Shown here: positions 1 to 7,178 of the stretch, one piece after another | How positions within the stretch are numbered: the first letter of the stretch is position 1 | Layout of the letters: each line of letters begins with the position of its first letter | Assembly: GCA_036497565.1 (NCBI GenBank) | Contig: DASXJE010000018.1 | Location: forward strand, 71,506 to 135,505 | Source: Mycobacteriales bacterium | Lineage (GTDB): Bacteria; Actinomycetota; Actinomycetes; Mycobacteriales; QHCD01 | Length of the DNA stretch: 64,000 nucleotides | Reading direction: 5' to 3' | Notes under the pieces: model-generated | What the model was told of the DNA's origin: nothing | Seen by the model: only the letters and a program-made list of their open reading frames with translations | Database searches by the model: none | Program-made: the position numbers and the translations under genes

Positions 1-600
1 GTGGGACTCGCCTGCGGTGGTGCCGGCCTCCGGCGTCGTTCCCGCAGGAGTGAGAGACAGGGTGGGCGCGGGGTGCTCGGGCTCGGGAGCACCCGGTGCC
101 GCGACCTGGATCCACCGCACGACGGTGCCGTTGCTGTAGGTCTGTAGGGCGGGGAACTGCAGCGACGTGGTCTTGGGCAGTGGCTCGGCGGAGATCGAGA
201 ACTCGCCGAACTCGCCGGGCTTGATCGCGCTCGCCGCGGAGTCGGCCTTCCAGGCGATCTCGGTCACCGCGGTGGTGACCGGTCCGTCGTCGGTCTGGAT
301 CGGCTTGGCCAGCTTCGCGGTGGTCACCCGGAAGGACCACCCGGGCTGCGGCTGCACCGCCACGCTGGCGATCGGGGTGGCCCGCGGGAGGGCGACGCGC
401 AACGCGGTCGTCGAGGCGTTGTCCACCTCCGTCGGCACCCGGAAGGTGATCTTGGCGGACCCGCCCTGGGTCGCGGTGTCCGCGTGCACCGTGACATGCG
501 CGGAGGCGGGTACGGCGGCGACCACCACCAAGGTCAGTGCGGCGAGAGCGACCAGCCCGAGCCGGGTGAGCGAGCGGGCGGGGTTGCGATGTGCGGCCAT
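1..600 (-). CDS. YcnI family copper-binding membrane protein (DUF1775); its 3' end runs off the window start
   Basis: Manual translation from ATG at 600 (SD GAAGGAAGG upstream): MAAHRNPARSLTRLGLVALAALTLVVVAAVPASA-HVTVHADTATQGGSAKITFRVPTE...QPQPGW...IAWKA...GEFGEF...ALQTYSNGTVVRW. Signal peptide ending AxA-H plus the YcnI motifs. Not in the supplied ORF track. Confidence 0.85.
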   Translation of the reverse strand, partial: MAAHRNPARSLTRLGLVALAALTLVVVAAVPASAHVTVHADTATQGGSAKITFRVPTEVDNASTTALRVALPRATPIASVAVQPQPGWSFRVTTAKLAKPIQTDDGPVTTAVTEIAWKADSAASAIKPGEFGEFSISAEPLPKTTSLQFPALQTYSNGTVVRWIQVAAPGAPEPEHPAPTLSLTPAGTTPEAGTTAGESH

Positions 601-635
601 GAGCCCTTCCTTCGGAAGCCTGTCCTGGATCGGTG

Positions 636-3062
636 TCACTGCACGGGAATGGCGACGCGAAAGGTGGTCGCATCGAATGCGGAGGTCTGCACGCTGACAT
701 CGAGATCCCATCGGCCTGACACGGCAAAACTCGTCATGGCCATCGCCTGCCCGGGGGCACTGCGGGTGAAGTGCACCGGCACGGGACCGACGTGGTGCGC
801 CGGCAGGGACAACGCGCCGGTGACCTGCTGAATGGGTTGCCGCCGGCCGGATGGCGTGTCGGCGCGTAGCTGGATCATCGCCATACCGGTGCGCGCCGGA
901 TCGACCGTCACCTGGAGGCGAGTCTGCGCGGCAGCGACGGTGGTCTGGAAGTGGGGTGCGTAGGTCTCTTTCGCCTGCGCGGTGTTCACCAGGATCGTGC
1001 TCAGCACCAGTACCGCCAGTCCGATCACGACCTCGCCGACCAGGCCGCGCCGGAGCCCTGCAAGTGGGATGCGCGCCGGCTCGGCGTGCCGCGTCGCCGG
1101 CGGCGGGTCGACGACCGGCGGTACCGGACCGTCGGCGTGCGCGACGAGCCGTGGCGCGAACCAGCGCACGGGATTGGTATCGAGGTAGTACCGGTGCACC
1201 CAGCGTCGGGCCAGGTTTCCGAGCCCGATCAGGACGAGGAAGCCGCCCATCTTCGCGAGCAGCAGCCTGCCGTAGACGGTGTCGACCAGAGCCGGCCAGG
1301 ACCCGACCTCACGCCAGGACTGGAAGACGCCGGTCGCCGCGATCAGGACCACGGCGGTGAAGGCCAGCCGCGAGTAGCGCGGGAGGACGACGGCCAGGTC
1401 GGCGGCCCGAGACCGGACGGCGAGACAGTCCACGAGCAGCGCCAGACCGCCTATCCAGACGGCGATCGCGGCCAGATGGACGACGTCGCTGGTCAACGTC
1501 AACCCGCTCAACGTGTCGTCGGCGGCGTGCCCGGAGACCGCGAAGGTCACCAGGATGGCCACCGAGACCGCGAGACCCGCGCCGAGCAGCCACCGCGGCG
1601 GTTGTCGCTGTGCCGGGCCCGCCGGGGCACCGGCGCTCACGGTCACCGGGCGCCGGGAGAACGCGAGCCCCAGCAGCGCCGCGAGCATCAGCAGCAGGGT
1701 GATCCGGGTCATCGAGGCCGTCCCGAACCGGGTCTCGATCGTGGTGGACAGCAGCCGGGAATCGAACAGCTGCCCGAGCCCGGCACCGGCTCCGTAAGGC
1801 CCCTGCAGGAGCAGGCCACCAGCGCTACCGGCGACCAGCAGGCCCCACCCGGTCCACACCAGGACCCGGGCCCGACGTACCCGCCGACCCGCCGGCCACA
1901 ACGCGAACAGCACCACCGCGCTGCCGAGCCCGAGCACGATCCCGACGAACCCAGCCAGCCGCGTCGCGCCCAGCAGTACGCCGACGGTGGTGCTCCCGCC
2001 GCCACTACTGACCGCCGTACCGGCGACCGCACTGGAATGTCCGACCGAGAACGTGAAGCCGCCCGAGACGGGGTGCGAATCGGCCGAGATCACCCGCCAG
2101 GTGACGGTGTAGGTACCCGGCGGCAAGGCGGGCCGGAGGGATACGCCGACCGAGTCGGCGCGGCCGTCGGGATGATCGACCGCACCTTGGTCGACCCGGC
2201 GCAGCCGGTCGTCGTAGACCCGTACGGCGCCGGGGGGAACGATCACCGGCTCGCCGAAGCGGAGCGCGACCGCCTGTGGCGCGGTGCGGACGATCGAGCC
2301 GTCGGCTGGGCTGGTGCTCTCCAGCACCGCGTGTGCACCGGCTGGGCGGCTGACCGCGCCCACCGCGACCGCGCTGCCGGCACCGATGATGAGCAGCGCC
2401 GCGGCGGCCCGCCCGCGCAGCCGACCGGGCGATGCGGTCGCCGGATTCCGCTTGTGCCGGGCGGGAGCAGAACCGTGGCCGGACTCGCCTCGGGCGATCA
2501 GCCACAGCAACACGCACCCGGCGACGGCGAGCAGGTGCGGCGCCTCCTCGCTCACCTGGGTCCGCCCGGCGGCGAGATCGATCCCGGCCGTCGCGACCAG
2601 CGCAACGGCGGCGACACCCACCAGCGGCGCCATGCCCGCCGCGCGGGCGGGACGGAAGACCGCGACGAGGAAGCCGACCGCCAACGCGAGGTCGAACGAC
2701 CCCAGCTCGTGCGCCACGTGCATCGGCGTCGAGTGGTCGTGGCCGAGGACGAGCACCGGGATCGTCACGGCGAGCTGCGCCGCCGCGATCACCGCCAGGC
2801 CGATCCGGGCCCGCCGCCGACCGGGCGACGGCACCGGGTCGTCGGCGGCGAGAACCGCGGCAGCGATGTCCTCGGCACGATCGGGTACGCCGTCGGTCGC
2901 AGTGAGGCGGGCCCGCCGGGTCGCCGCGGCCGCGGCGGAGCGCCATTCCCGGCAGGCGCCGCACGCGTCGAGGTGCCCGCGCAGGTCGCTCAGCGGCACT
3001 GCCGGGTCCGCACCGTCCAGCTGCGCCGAGGTCGCCTCGCGCGCTTTCTCACACGTCAGCAC
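636..3062 (-). CDS. Fusion protein: zf-HC2 anti-sigma domain + membrane domain + CopC + CopD + C-terminal YtkA/FixH-like domain
   Basis: 808-aa ORF. N-terminal C-x26-HLDACGAC zinc-finger motif; TM helices with a GHDHSTPMHVAHE loop; AGA-HAVLESTSPADG...FGEPV...YTVTWRVISADSHPVSGGFTFSVG (CopC); SGHAAD, VHLAAIAVWIGGL, YGRLLLAK (CopD); VTVDPARTG...GRWDLDVSV (YtkA-like). Confidence 0.85.
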   Translation of the reverse strand: MLTCEKAREATSAQLDGADPAVPLSDLRGHLDACGACREWRSAAAAATRRARLTATDGVPDRAEDIAAAVLAADDPVPSPGRRRARIGLAVIAAAQLAVTIPVLVLGHDHSTPMHVAHELGSFDLALAVGFLVAVFRPARAAGMAPLVGVAAVALVATAGIDLAAGRTQVSEEAPHLLAVAGCVLLWLIARGESGHGSAPARHKRNPATASPGRLRGRAAAALLIIGAGSAVAVGAVSRPAGAHAVLESTSPADGSIVRTAPQAVALRFGEPVIVPPGAVRVYDDRLRRVDQGAVDHPDGRADSVGVSLRPALPPGTYTVTWRVISADSHPVSGGFTFSVGHSSAVAGTAVSSGGGSTTVGVLLGATRLAGFVGIVLGLGSAVVLFALWPAGRRVRRARVLVWTGWGLLVAGSAGGLLLQGPYGAGAGLGQLFDSRLLSTTIETRFGTASMTRITLLLMLAALLGLAFSRRPVTVSAGAPAGPAQRQPPRWLLGAGLAVSVAILVTFAVSGHAADDTLSGLTLTSDVVHLAAIAVWIGGLALLVDCLAVRSRAADLAVVLPRYSRLAFTAVVLIAATGVFQSWREVGSWPALVDTVYGRLLLAKMGGFLVLIGLGNLARRWVHRYYLDTNPVRWFAPRLVAHADGPVPPVVDPPPATRHAEPARIPLAGLRRGLVGEVVIGLAVLVLSTILVNTAQAKETYAPHFQTTVAAAQTRLQVTVDPARTGMAMIQLRADTPSGRRQPIQQVTGALSLPAHHVGPVPVHFTRSAPGQAMAMTSFAVSGRWDLDVSVQTSAFDATTFRVAIPVQ

Positions 3063-3070
3063 ACGCAGAT

Positions 3071-3098
3071 AGTCGTCCGCCGGCGCCGGGTGGTTCCC
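3071..3098 (-). promoter_or_regulatory. ECF (SigC-type) promoter GGGAAC-N17-CGACT driving a leaderless anti-sigma-CopCD transcript
   Basis: Minus strand reads GGGAAC (3098-3093), a 17-nt spacer, CGACT (3075-3071), then 8 nt to the GTG at 3062. This matches the mycobacterial SigC consensus as I recall it. Confidence 0.7.
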
Positions 3099-3154
3099 GC
3101 CGACCGGCGGGTGAGTGGGGGTGGCTCCTGCCGTTCGGCCGCGCTCCGCCTACG

Positions 3155-3766
3155 GTGGCTGACGTGGATGCGCTGACGGTGGTGCTGTCAGCGGCCGGCC
3201 GCGGGGATCACCAGGCGCTCGTATCGTTCATCCGGGACACGCAGGCAGATGTGTGGCGTTTCGCCGCGCACCTGGTCGATCCCCAGAGCGCCGACGATCT
3301 CACCCAGGAGACCTACCTGCGCGCGGTACGTGCGGCGCCGTCGTTCGCAGGGCGCTCGTCCGCGCGCACCTGGCTGCTGGCGATCGCGCACCGCGTCTGC
3401 ATGGACGAACTGCGCGCGCGGACCCGGCGCCGGCGCCGCGACGCCCTGCTGCCGTGGGTCAATCCCGCCCCCGTCGAGCCGGATGTTGCCGGCGAGGTCA
3501 CGGCGGCCGCGCTGCTGGCCGATCTCGACCTCGACCGGCGTACCGCCTTCGTACTCACCCAGCTGATCGGGTTGTCCTACGAGGAGGCGGCGCAGGCGTG
3601 CGGCTGCCCGGTGGGCACCATCCGGTCCCGCGTCGCGCGGGCGCGGGCCGATCTGGTGCAGGCGCTGGACGCCGACCGGGTCGTCACCCTGCGCCCGGTC
3701 CGGTCTCGTCGGTCGACGCCGGACCTGCCTGTAGCTCCACGCAACACGCTCCGGGCCGAGGGTTGA
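3155..3766 (+). CDS. sigC: ECF RNA polymerase sigma factor, SigC-like
   Basis: IRDTQADVWRFAAHLVDPQSADDLTQETYLRA...FAGRSSARTWLLAIA...LSYEEAAQACGCPVGTIRSRVARAR closely resembles mycobacterial SigC. A TACGGT -10 at 3151-3156 suggests the real start is the in-frame GTG at 3164 (leaderless). Confidence 0.85.
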   Translation: MADVDALTVVLSAAGRGDHQALVSFIRDTQADVWRFAAHLVDPQSADDLTQETYLRAVRAAPSFAGRSSARTWLLAIAHRVCMDELRARTRRRRRDALLPWVNPAPVEPDVAGEVTAAALLADLDLDRRTAFVLTQLIGLSYEEAAQACGCPVGTIRSRVARARADLVQALDADRVVTLRPVRSRRSTPDLPVAPRNTLRAEG

Positions 3767-4439
3767 GGACGGCCTGCACGGTCCGGGCATGCATTCCGTC
3801 GAGAAAGCCGGTGAGGAAGGCGTGGTTGATGCCGCAGACGACCTGCGGCGCTTGCGCGGCCAGCGGGTGGAACGGACAGTTCCGTAACCGCACACACAAC
3901 GGCTCGTCGCGGGTCGGGTCGAAGCCGCGCTCCCGGAGTACGCGCTCGGCGAGGGTGAGGGCACGTTCGGCGCCGAGCCGCCCGGCGCGGCTGCGGTGGC
4001 GCTCCTCGGCGCCCAGGGTCTCGCCGTGGCTGCGCGCCACTTGCACGGCGGACTGCATGGCGCTCCCGCCCGCGGGCTCGGCGACCAGTGCATCGACCAG
4101 GATGTCGGACAGGTCCTCGTGCCGGCGGGCCGGAATGCTCACTCGGACGTCGAGGTCGGTCGGCCGGTAGGTCTTCGGGGTGCGCCCGACCCGGCCGCGA
4201 CGCTCCGGCTCGTCGTAGGCGGCACGGAGCAGGCCGACGTCGACGAGTTTGTCCAGGTGGAAGGCGGCCAGCTTGCGGGAGATCCCCACGGCGCTCGCCG
4301 CGTCCTCCCGGGTGACGGGTCGGCCGACATCGCGGATGTAGCTGAACATGCCGCGCCGCAGGTCGTCGTCGAGTGCCGCGACCGCTCGGATCGACGCTCT
4401 CGAGTCCGGAGCGGATCCTGCGTCCCGATCAACCATCAC
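3684..4439 (-). CDS. Winged HTH transcriptional regulator with C-terminal Cys motifs (ArsR/SufR-like architecture)
   Basis: VTREDAASAVGISRKLAAFHLDKLVDVGLL...GRVGRTPKTY HTH; C-terminal LRNCPFH...VCGINH...CCV. Confidence 0.8.
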   Translation of the reverse strand: MMVDRDAGSAPDSRASIRAVAALDDDLRRGMFSYIRDVGRPVTREDAASAVGISRKLAAFHLDKLVDVGLLRAAYDEPERRGRVGRTPKTYRPTDLDVRVSIPARRHEDLSDILVDALVAEPAGGSAMQSAVQVARSHGETLGAEERHRSRAGRLGAERALTLAERVLRERGFDPTRDEPLCVRLRNCPFHPLAAQAPQVVCGINHAFLTGFLDGMHARTVQAVLNPRPGACCVELQAGPASTDETGPGAG

Positions 4440-4495
4440 CCACCCATGTTACGCCCATGTTGATGTGCGAAACCTTTCAACGGGCAGTATTCCTC

Positions 4496-4531
4496 TTCCA
4501 CTTGACCGGGTCGCTGGAATATGACCAAGAT
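4496..4531 (+). promoter_or_regulatory. Probable folE promoter (TTGACC-N18-CAAGAT, leaderless) overlapped by an imperfect palindrome
   Basis: TTGACC at 4502-4507, CAAGAT at 4526-4531, GTG start 6 nt later. The imperfect inverted repeat TTCCA-CTT-GACC-G-GGTC-GC-TGGAA (4496-4519) covers the -35. Confidence 0.4.
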
Positions 4532-4537
4532 AATTAG

Positions 4538-5152
4538 GTGAAAACAGCCGAGCTTCCCACGGTCCGCCCGGATCTGCACGTGCTTCCGCAGCCGGAGCAG
4601 GTCGACCTCGTTGCGGCGGAGCGGGCGGCCGAGGCGTTTCTGCGGGCACTCGGAGTGGCCCCGGACACCGAGTCCCTGCGCGACACGCCCGCACGGATGG
4701 CTCGGGCCTACGCCGAGTTGTTCACCCCGCGGCCGTTCGACCTGACGACGTTCCCCAACGACGAGGGCTACGACGAACTCGTCCTCGCCCGCCGGATTCC
4801 GCTCCGGTCGGTGTGCGAGCATCATCTGCTGCCGTTCATGGGAGTCGCGCACGTCGGCTACCTGCCGGGGGAGCGGATCCTCGGGTTGTCCAAGCTCGCC
4901 CGGGTCGTCGAGCACTGCGCGTCGCGGCCGCAGGTGCAGGAACGGCTCACCAAGCAGATCGCCGAGTGGCTCAACAGTCGGCTGCGGCCCCGCGGCGTCG
5001 GCGTCGTGATCGAGGCCGAGCACACCTGCATGACGCTGCGCGGGGTCCTGGCGGCCGGATCCAGCACGGTCACCTCGACATTGCTCGGCACGCTGCGCGA
5101 CGACGCACGCAGCCGGCAGGAGTTCTTCGCGCTCACCGGCGTGCACGCCTGA
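4538..5152 (+). CDS. folE: GTP cyclohydrolase I
   Basis: TPARMARAY, SVCEHHLLPF.GVAHVGY, GLSKLAR, PQVQERLTKQIA, EAEHTCMTLRG motifs. Confidence 0.95.
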   Translation: MKTAELPTVRPDLHVLPQPEQVDLVAAERAAEAFLRALGVAPDTESLRDTPARMARAYAELFTPRPFDLTTFPNDEGYDELVLARRIPLRSVCEHHLLPFMGVAHVGYLPGERILGLSKLARVVEHCASRPQVQERLTKQIAEWLNSRLRPRGVGVVIEAEHTCMTLRGVLAAGSSTVTSTLLGTLRDDARSRQEFFALTGVHA

Positions 5153-5171
5153 GCGACGCCGGCGGTGGCCG

Positions 5172-6158
5172 CTAGGCGATGTCGGCGATGGCGGGCGCGT
5201 CCTCGGCGCCCTGGAAGGTGCGGCGGTAGGCCATCGGCGTGGTGCCGACCTGCTGGCTGAAGTGGTGGCGCAGCAGGTCGGCCGCGCCGAACCCGGTACG
5301 TCGCGCGATCTCATCGACGCCGAGGCCGCCGTCCTCGAGCAGTTGCTGGCTCAGCAGCACCCGTTGCCGCGTCAGCCACTGGTGCGGCGTAGTGCCGGTG
5401 GCGGCGGCGAACCGGCGGGCGAAGGTCCGCGACGACATGTGCGCCCGGTGAGCCAGCCCCGCAACGCTGATCTGCTCGTCGAGATGCGCCTGCATCCACG
5501 CCAGCAATGGTGCGAGGTCGTCGCCGTCGGCCACACCGATGGGAACGGGGGTCTGGATGTACTGCGCCTGGCCGCCGTCGCGGTGCGGCGGCACCACCAT
5601 CCGGCGGGCGATGCCGTTGGCCACCCGCGGACCCAACTCGCGGCGTACGACGTAGAGGCAGGCGTCGATGCCGGCGGCCGTGCCGGCGCTGGTGATGACC
5701 GGCGCGTCATCGACGTAGAGCCGGTCGGCCTCGACCTCCAGGCACGGGAAGCGCTCGGCCAGCGCGTCGGCGTGGTACCAGTGACAGGTCACCCGACGGC
5801 CGGCGAGCAGGCCCGCCTCGGCGAGTAGGAAGACCCCGGAACAGACGCTGAGCACGGTGGCGCCCCGGTCGACCGCGGCGTGGAGCGCGTCGACGATCTC
5901 GGTCGGGACGGGAACCTCGTCGACCGTCCAGGCGGGGATCACCACCAGGTCGGCGCTCGCCGCGCGATCGAGGCCGTGCGCGACCTGCAGGGTCATGCCA
6001 CCGGTCACGGGGAACGGCCGGTCGTCCACCGCGCACACCGCGAAGTCGAAGTTGGGCAGACCGTCGGCGGACCGGTCGAGGCCGAACACCTCGCACGCCA
6101 CAGCGAGCTCGAAGGGGTGCACCGACCCGTCCACGATCGCGACCACGTCCTGAAGCAT
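5172..6158 (-). CDS. GlxA-family AraC transcriptional regulator (DJ-1/PfpI + HTH)
   Basis: SVCSGVFLLAEAGLL, TSAGTAAGIDACL, RRMVVPPHRDGGQAQY, RAHMSSRTFARRF, GFG...LRHHF. Confidence 0.93.
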   Translation of the reverse strand: MLQDVVAIVDGSVHPFELAVACEVFGLDRSADGLPNFDFAVCAVDDRPFPVTGGMTLQVAHGLDRAASADLVVIPAWTVDEVPVPTEIVDALHAAVDRGATVLSVCSGVFLLAEAGLLAGRRVTCHWYHADALAERFPCLEVEADRLYVDDAPVITSAGTAAGIDACLYVVRRELGPRVANGIARRMVVPPHRDGGQAQYIQTPVPIGVADGDDLAPLLAWMQAHLDEQISVAGLAHRAHMSSRTFARRFAAATGTTPHQWLTRQRVLLSQQLLEDGGLGVDEIARRTGFGAADLLRHHFSQQVGTTPMAYRRTFQGAEDAPAIADIA

Positions 6159-6160
6159 GT

Positions 6161-6195
6161 TGGCAGTATATACGCGGAGCCTGTCAGTTCTGCCA
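6161..6195. promoter_or_regulatory. Inverted repeat TGGCAG-N23-CTGCCA in the divergent promoter region; putative GlxA-type regulator site
   Basis: TGGCAG at 6161-6166 and CTGCCA at 6190-6195, directly upstream of the regulator ATG (6158). Confidence 0.4.
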
Positions 6196-6232
6196 CTTCT
6201 GCCGTCGCGTCAGGCCGCGCATGCTCAGTGGC

Positions 6233-6601
6233 ATGACAGTTCTCGTGCTTGTCACCAGCCTGATTTCGCTCCTCGCCGTTGCCGTGTGGCGGTATGGCGC
6301 CGACAGCCGGGACGGCCGCGACTGGCAGCGGGCCGCGGACCCGGCGGTTGCGGGGCGGGCGCCGTACCGGCGGGCGCACACGCCGGCCGCGGATCTCATG
6401 GCGGTAGGGCGATCGATCCGTCGGCTCGTCGCCGCGATCGTCGAGTTCCAACGGGCGCAGACCGACCTGTGGGAGCGCTACCAGGCCGCCCAGCGGCCGT
6501 GGGAGACCGAGCGGCTGCACTGGGCGCGCACCCGCCGCGGCTGGGTCCTGCGGGGCCGGGTCGCGCCTGCCGGGCCGGCCGACCGGACACCGACCCGCTG
6601 A
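6233..6601 (+). CDS. Small membrane-anchored hypothetical protein, probable target of the divergent AraC regulator
   Basis: N-terminal hydrophobic helix followed by RYGADSRDGRDW, a pattern I recognise from small actinobacterial proteins. A strong hairpin follows the ORF. Confidence 0.6.
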   Translation: MTVLVLVTSLISLLAVAVWRYGADSRDGRDWQRAADPAVAGRAPYRRAHTPAADLMAVGRSIRRLVAAIVEFQRAQTDLWERYQAAQRPWETERLHWARTRRGWVLRGRVAPAGPADRTPTR

Positions 6602-6619
6602 CCTTCCACTCCGTGACCC

Positions 6620-6653
6620 CGACCGGCGCCCGCCTTCGTGCGGGCGCCGGTCG
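6620..6653 (+). terminator. GC-rich stem-loop, probable terminator
   Basis: CGACCGGCGCCCGC-CTTCGT-GCGGGCGCCGGTCG, a 14-bp perfect stem 19 nt after the stop codon. Confidence 0.6.
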
Positions 6654-6684
6654 ACGCGTGGGGTCGCGACACGCGTGGGTCGCC

Positions 6685-6929
6685 GACATCGGACGCTGTA
6701 CTCGCAAATTGCCGCGATTTATGCGAGTAGGGCGTCCTACGTCGGCCGGGCTTCCCATCCAGCCCGGGGCCGGCGACATCGTGCGCCGTACTCGCATCCG
6801 GGAGCCCTTTCTGCGAGTAGGACGCACGATGTCGACGGCTGGGCGCCCGCGGTGGCTGACATCGGACGCTGTACTCGCAAATTGCCGCGATTTATGCGAG
6901 TAGGGCGTCCTACGTCGGCCGGGCTTCCC
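6685..6929. repeat. Array of three REP-like palindromic units
   Basis: Two identical 72-bp copies (6685-6756, 6858-6929) flank a variant copy (6775-6833). Each has 22-nt imperfect arms with core TACTCGCA-N15-TGCGAGTA. Confidence 0.85.
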
Positions 6930-6995
6930 GTCGGCGCCGCCGCCCGGCCACGTCGGAAGGGGCGGCCTCGGCCACCGCGGGGCTACGCTGGTGAC

Positions 6996-7154
6996 ATGGT
7001 CCTGAGAATCCTGGGCATCGTGCTGGTTGTCTGGCTGGCGTTCGTCATCATCGGCCTGCTCGTCAAGGCGCTGTCCTGGCTCTTGGTGGTCGGTCTGGTC
7101 CTTGCGGGGGCCACGCTCGCCGTCGGCTATGTCCGACGGAAGTCCATCCGCTGA
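6996..7154 (+). CDS. 52-aa two-helix membrane protein (hypothetical)
   Basis: MVLRILGIVLVVWLAFVIIGLLVKALSWLLVVGLVLAGATLAVGYVRRKSIR. A TACGCT -10 (6984-6989) lies 6 nt before the ATG, consistent with a leaderless gene. Confidence 0.7.
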   Translation: MVLRILGIVLVVWLAFVIIGLLVKALSWLLVVGLVLAGATLAVGYVRRKSIR

Positions 7155-7178
7155 CCCGACGCGGTTCCGCGACCGGCG

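Noticed and set aside
6685-6929. Possible mini-CRISPR array
   Set aside because: Units are 59-72 bp with identical loops in copies 1 and 3, the spacing is irregular (90 and 83 bp), and there are no cas genes. It fits REP-like palindromes better.
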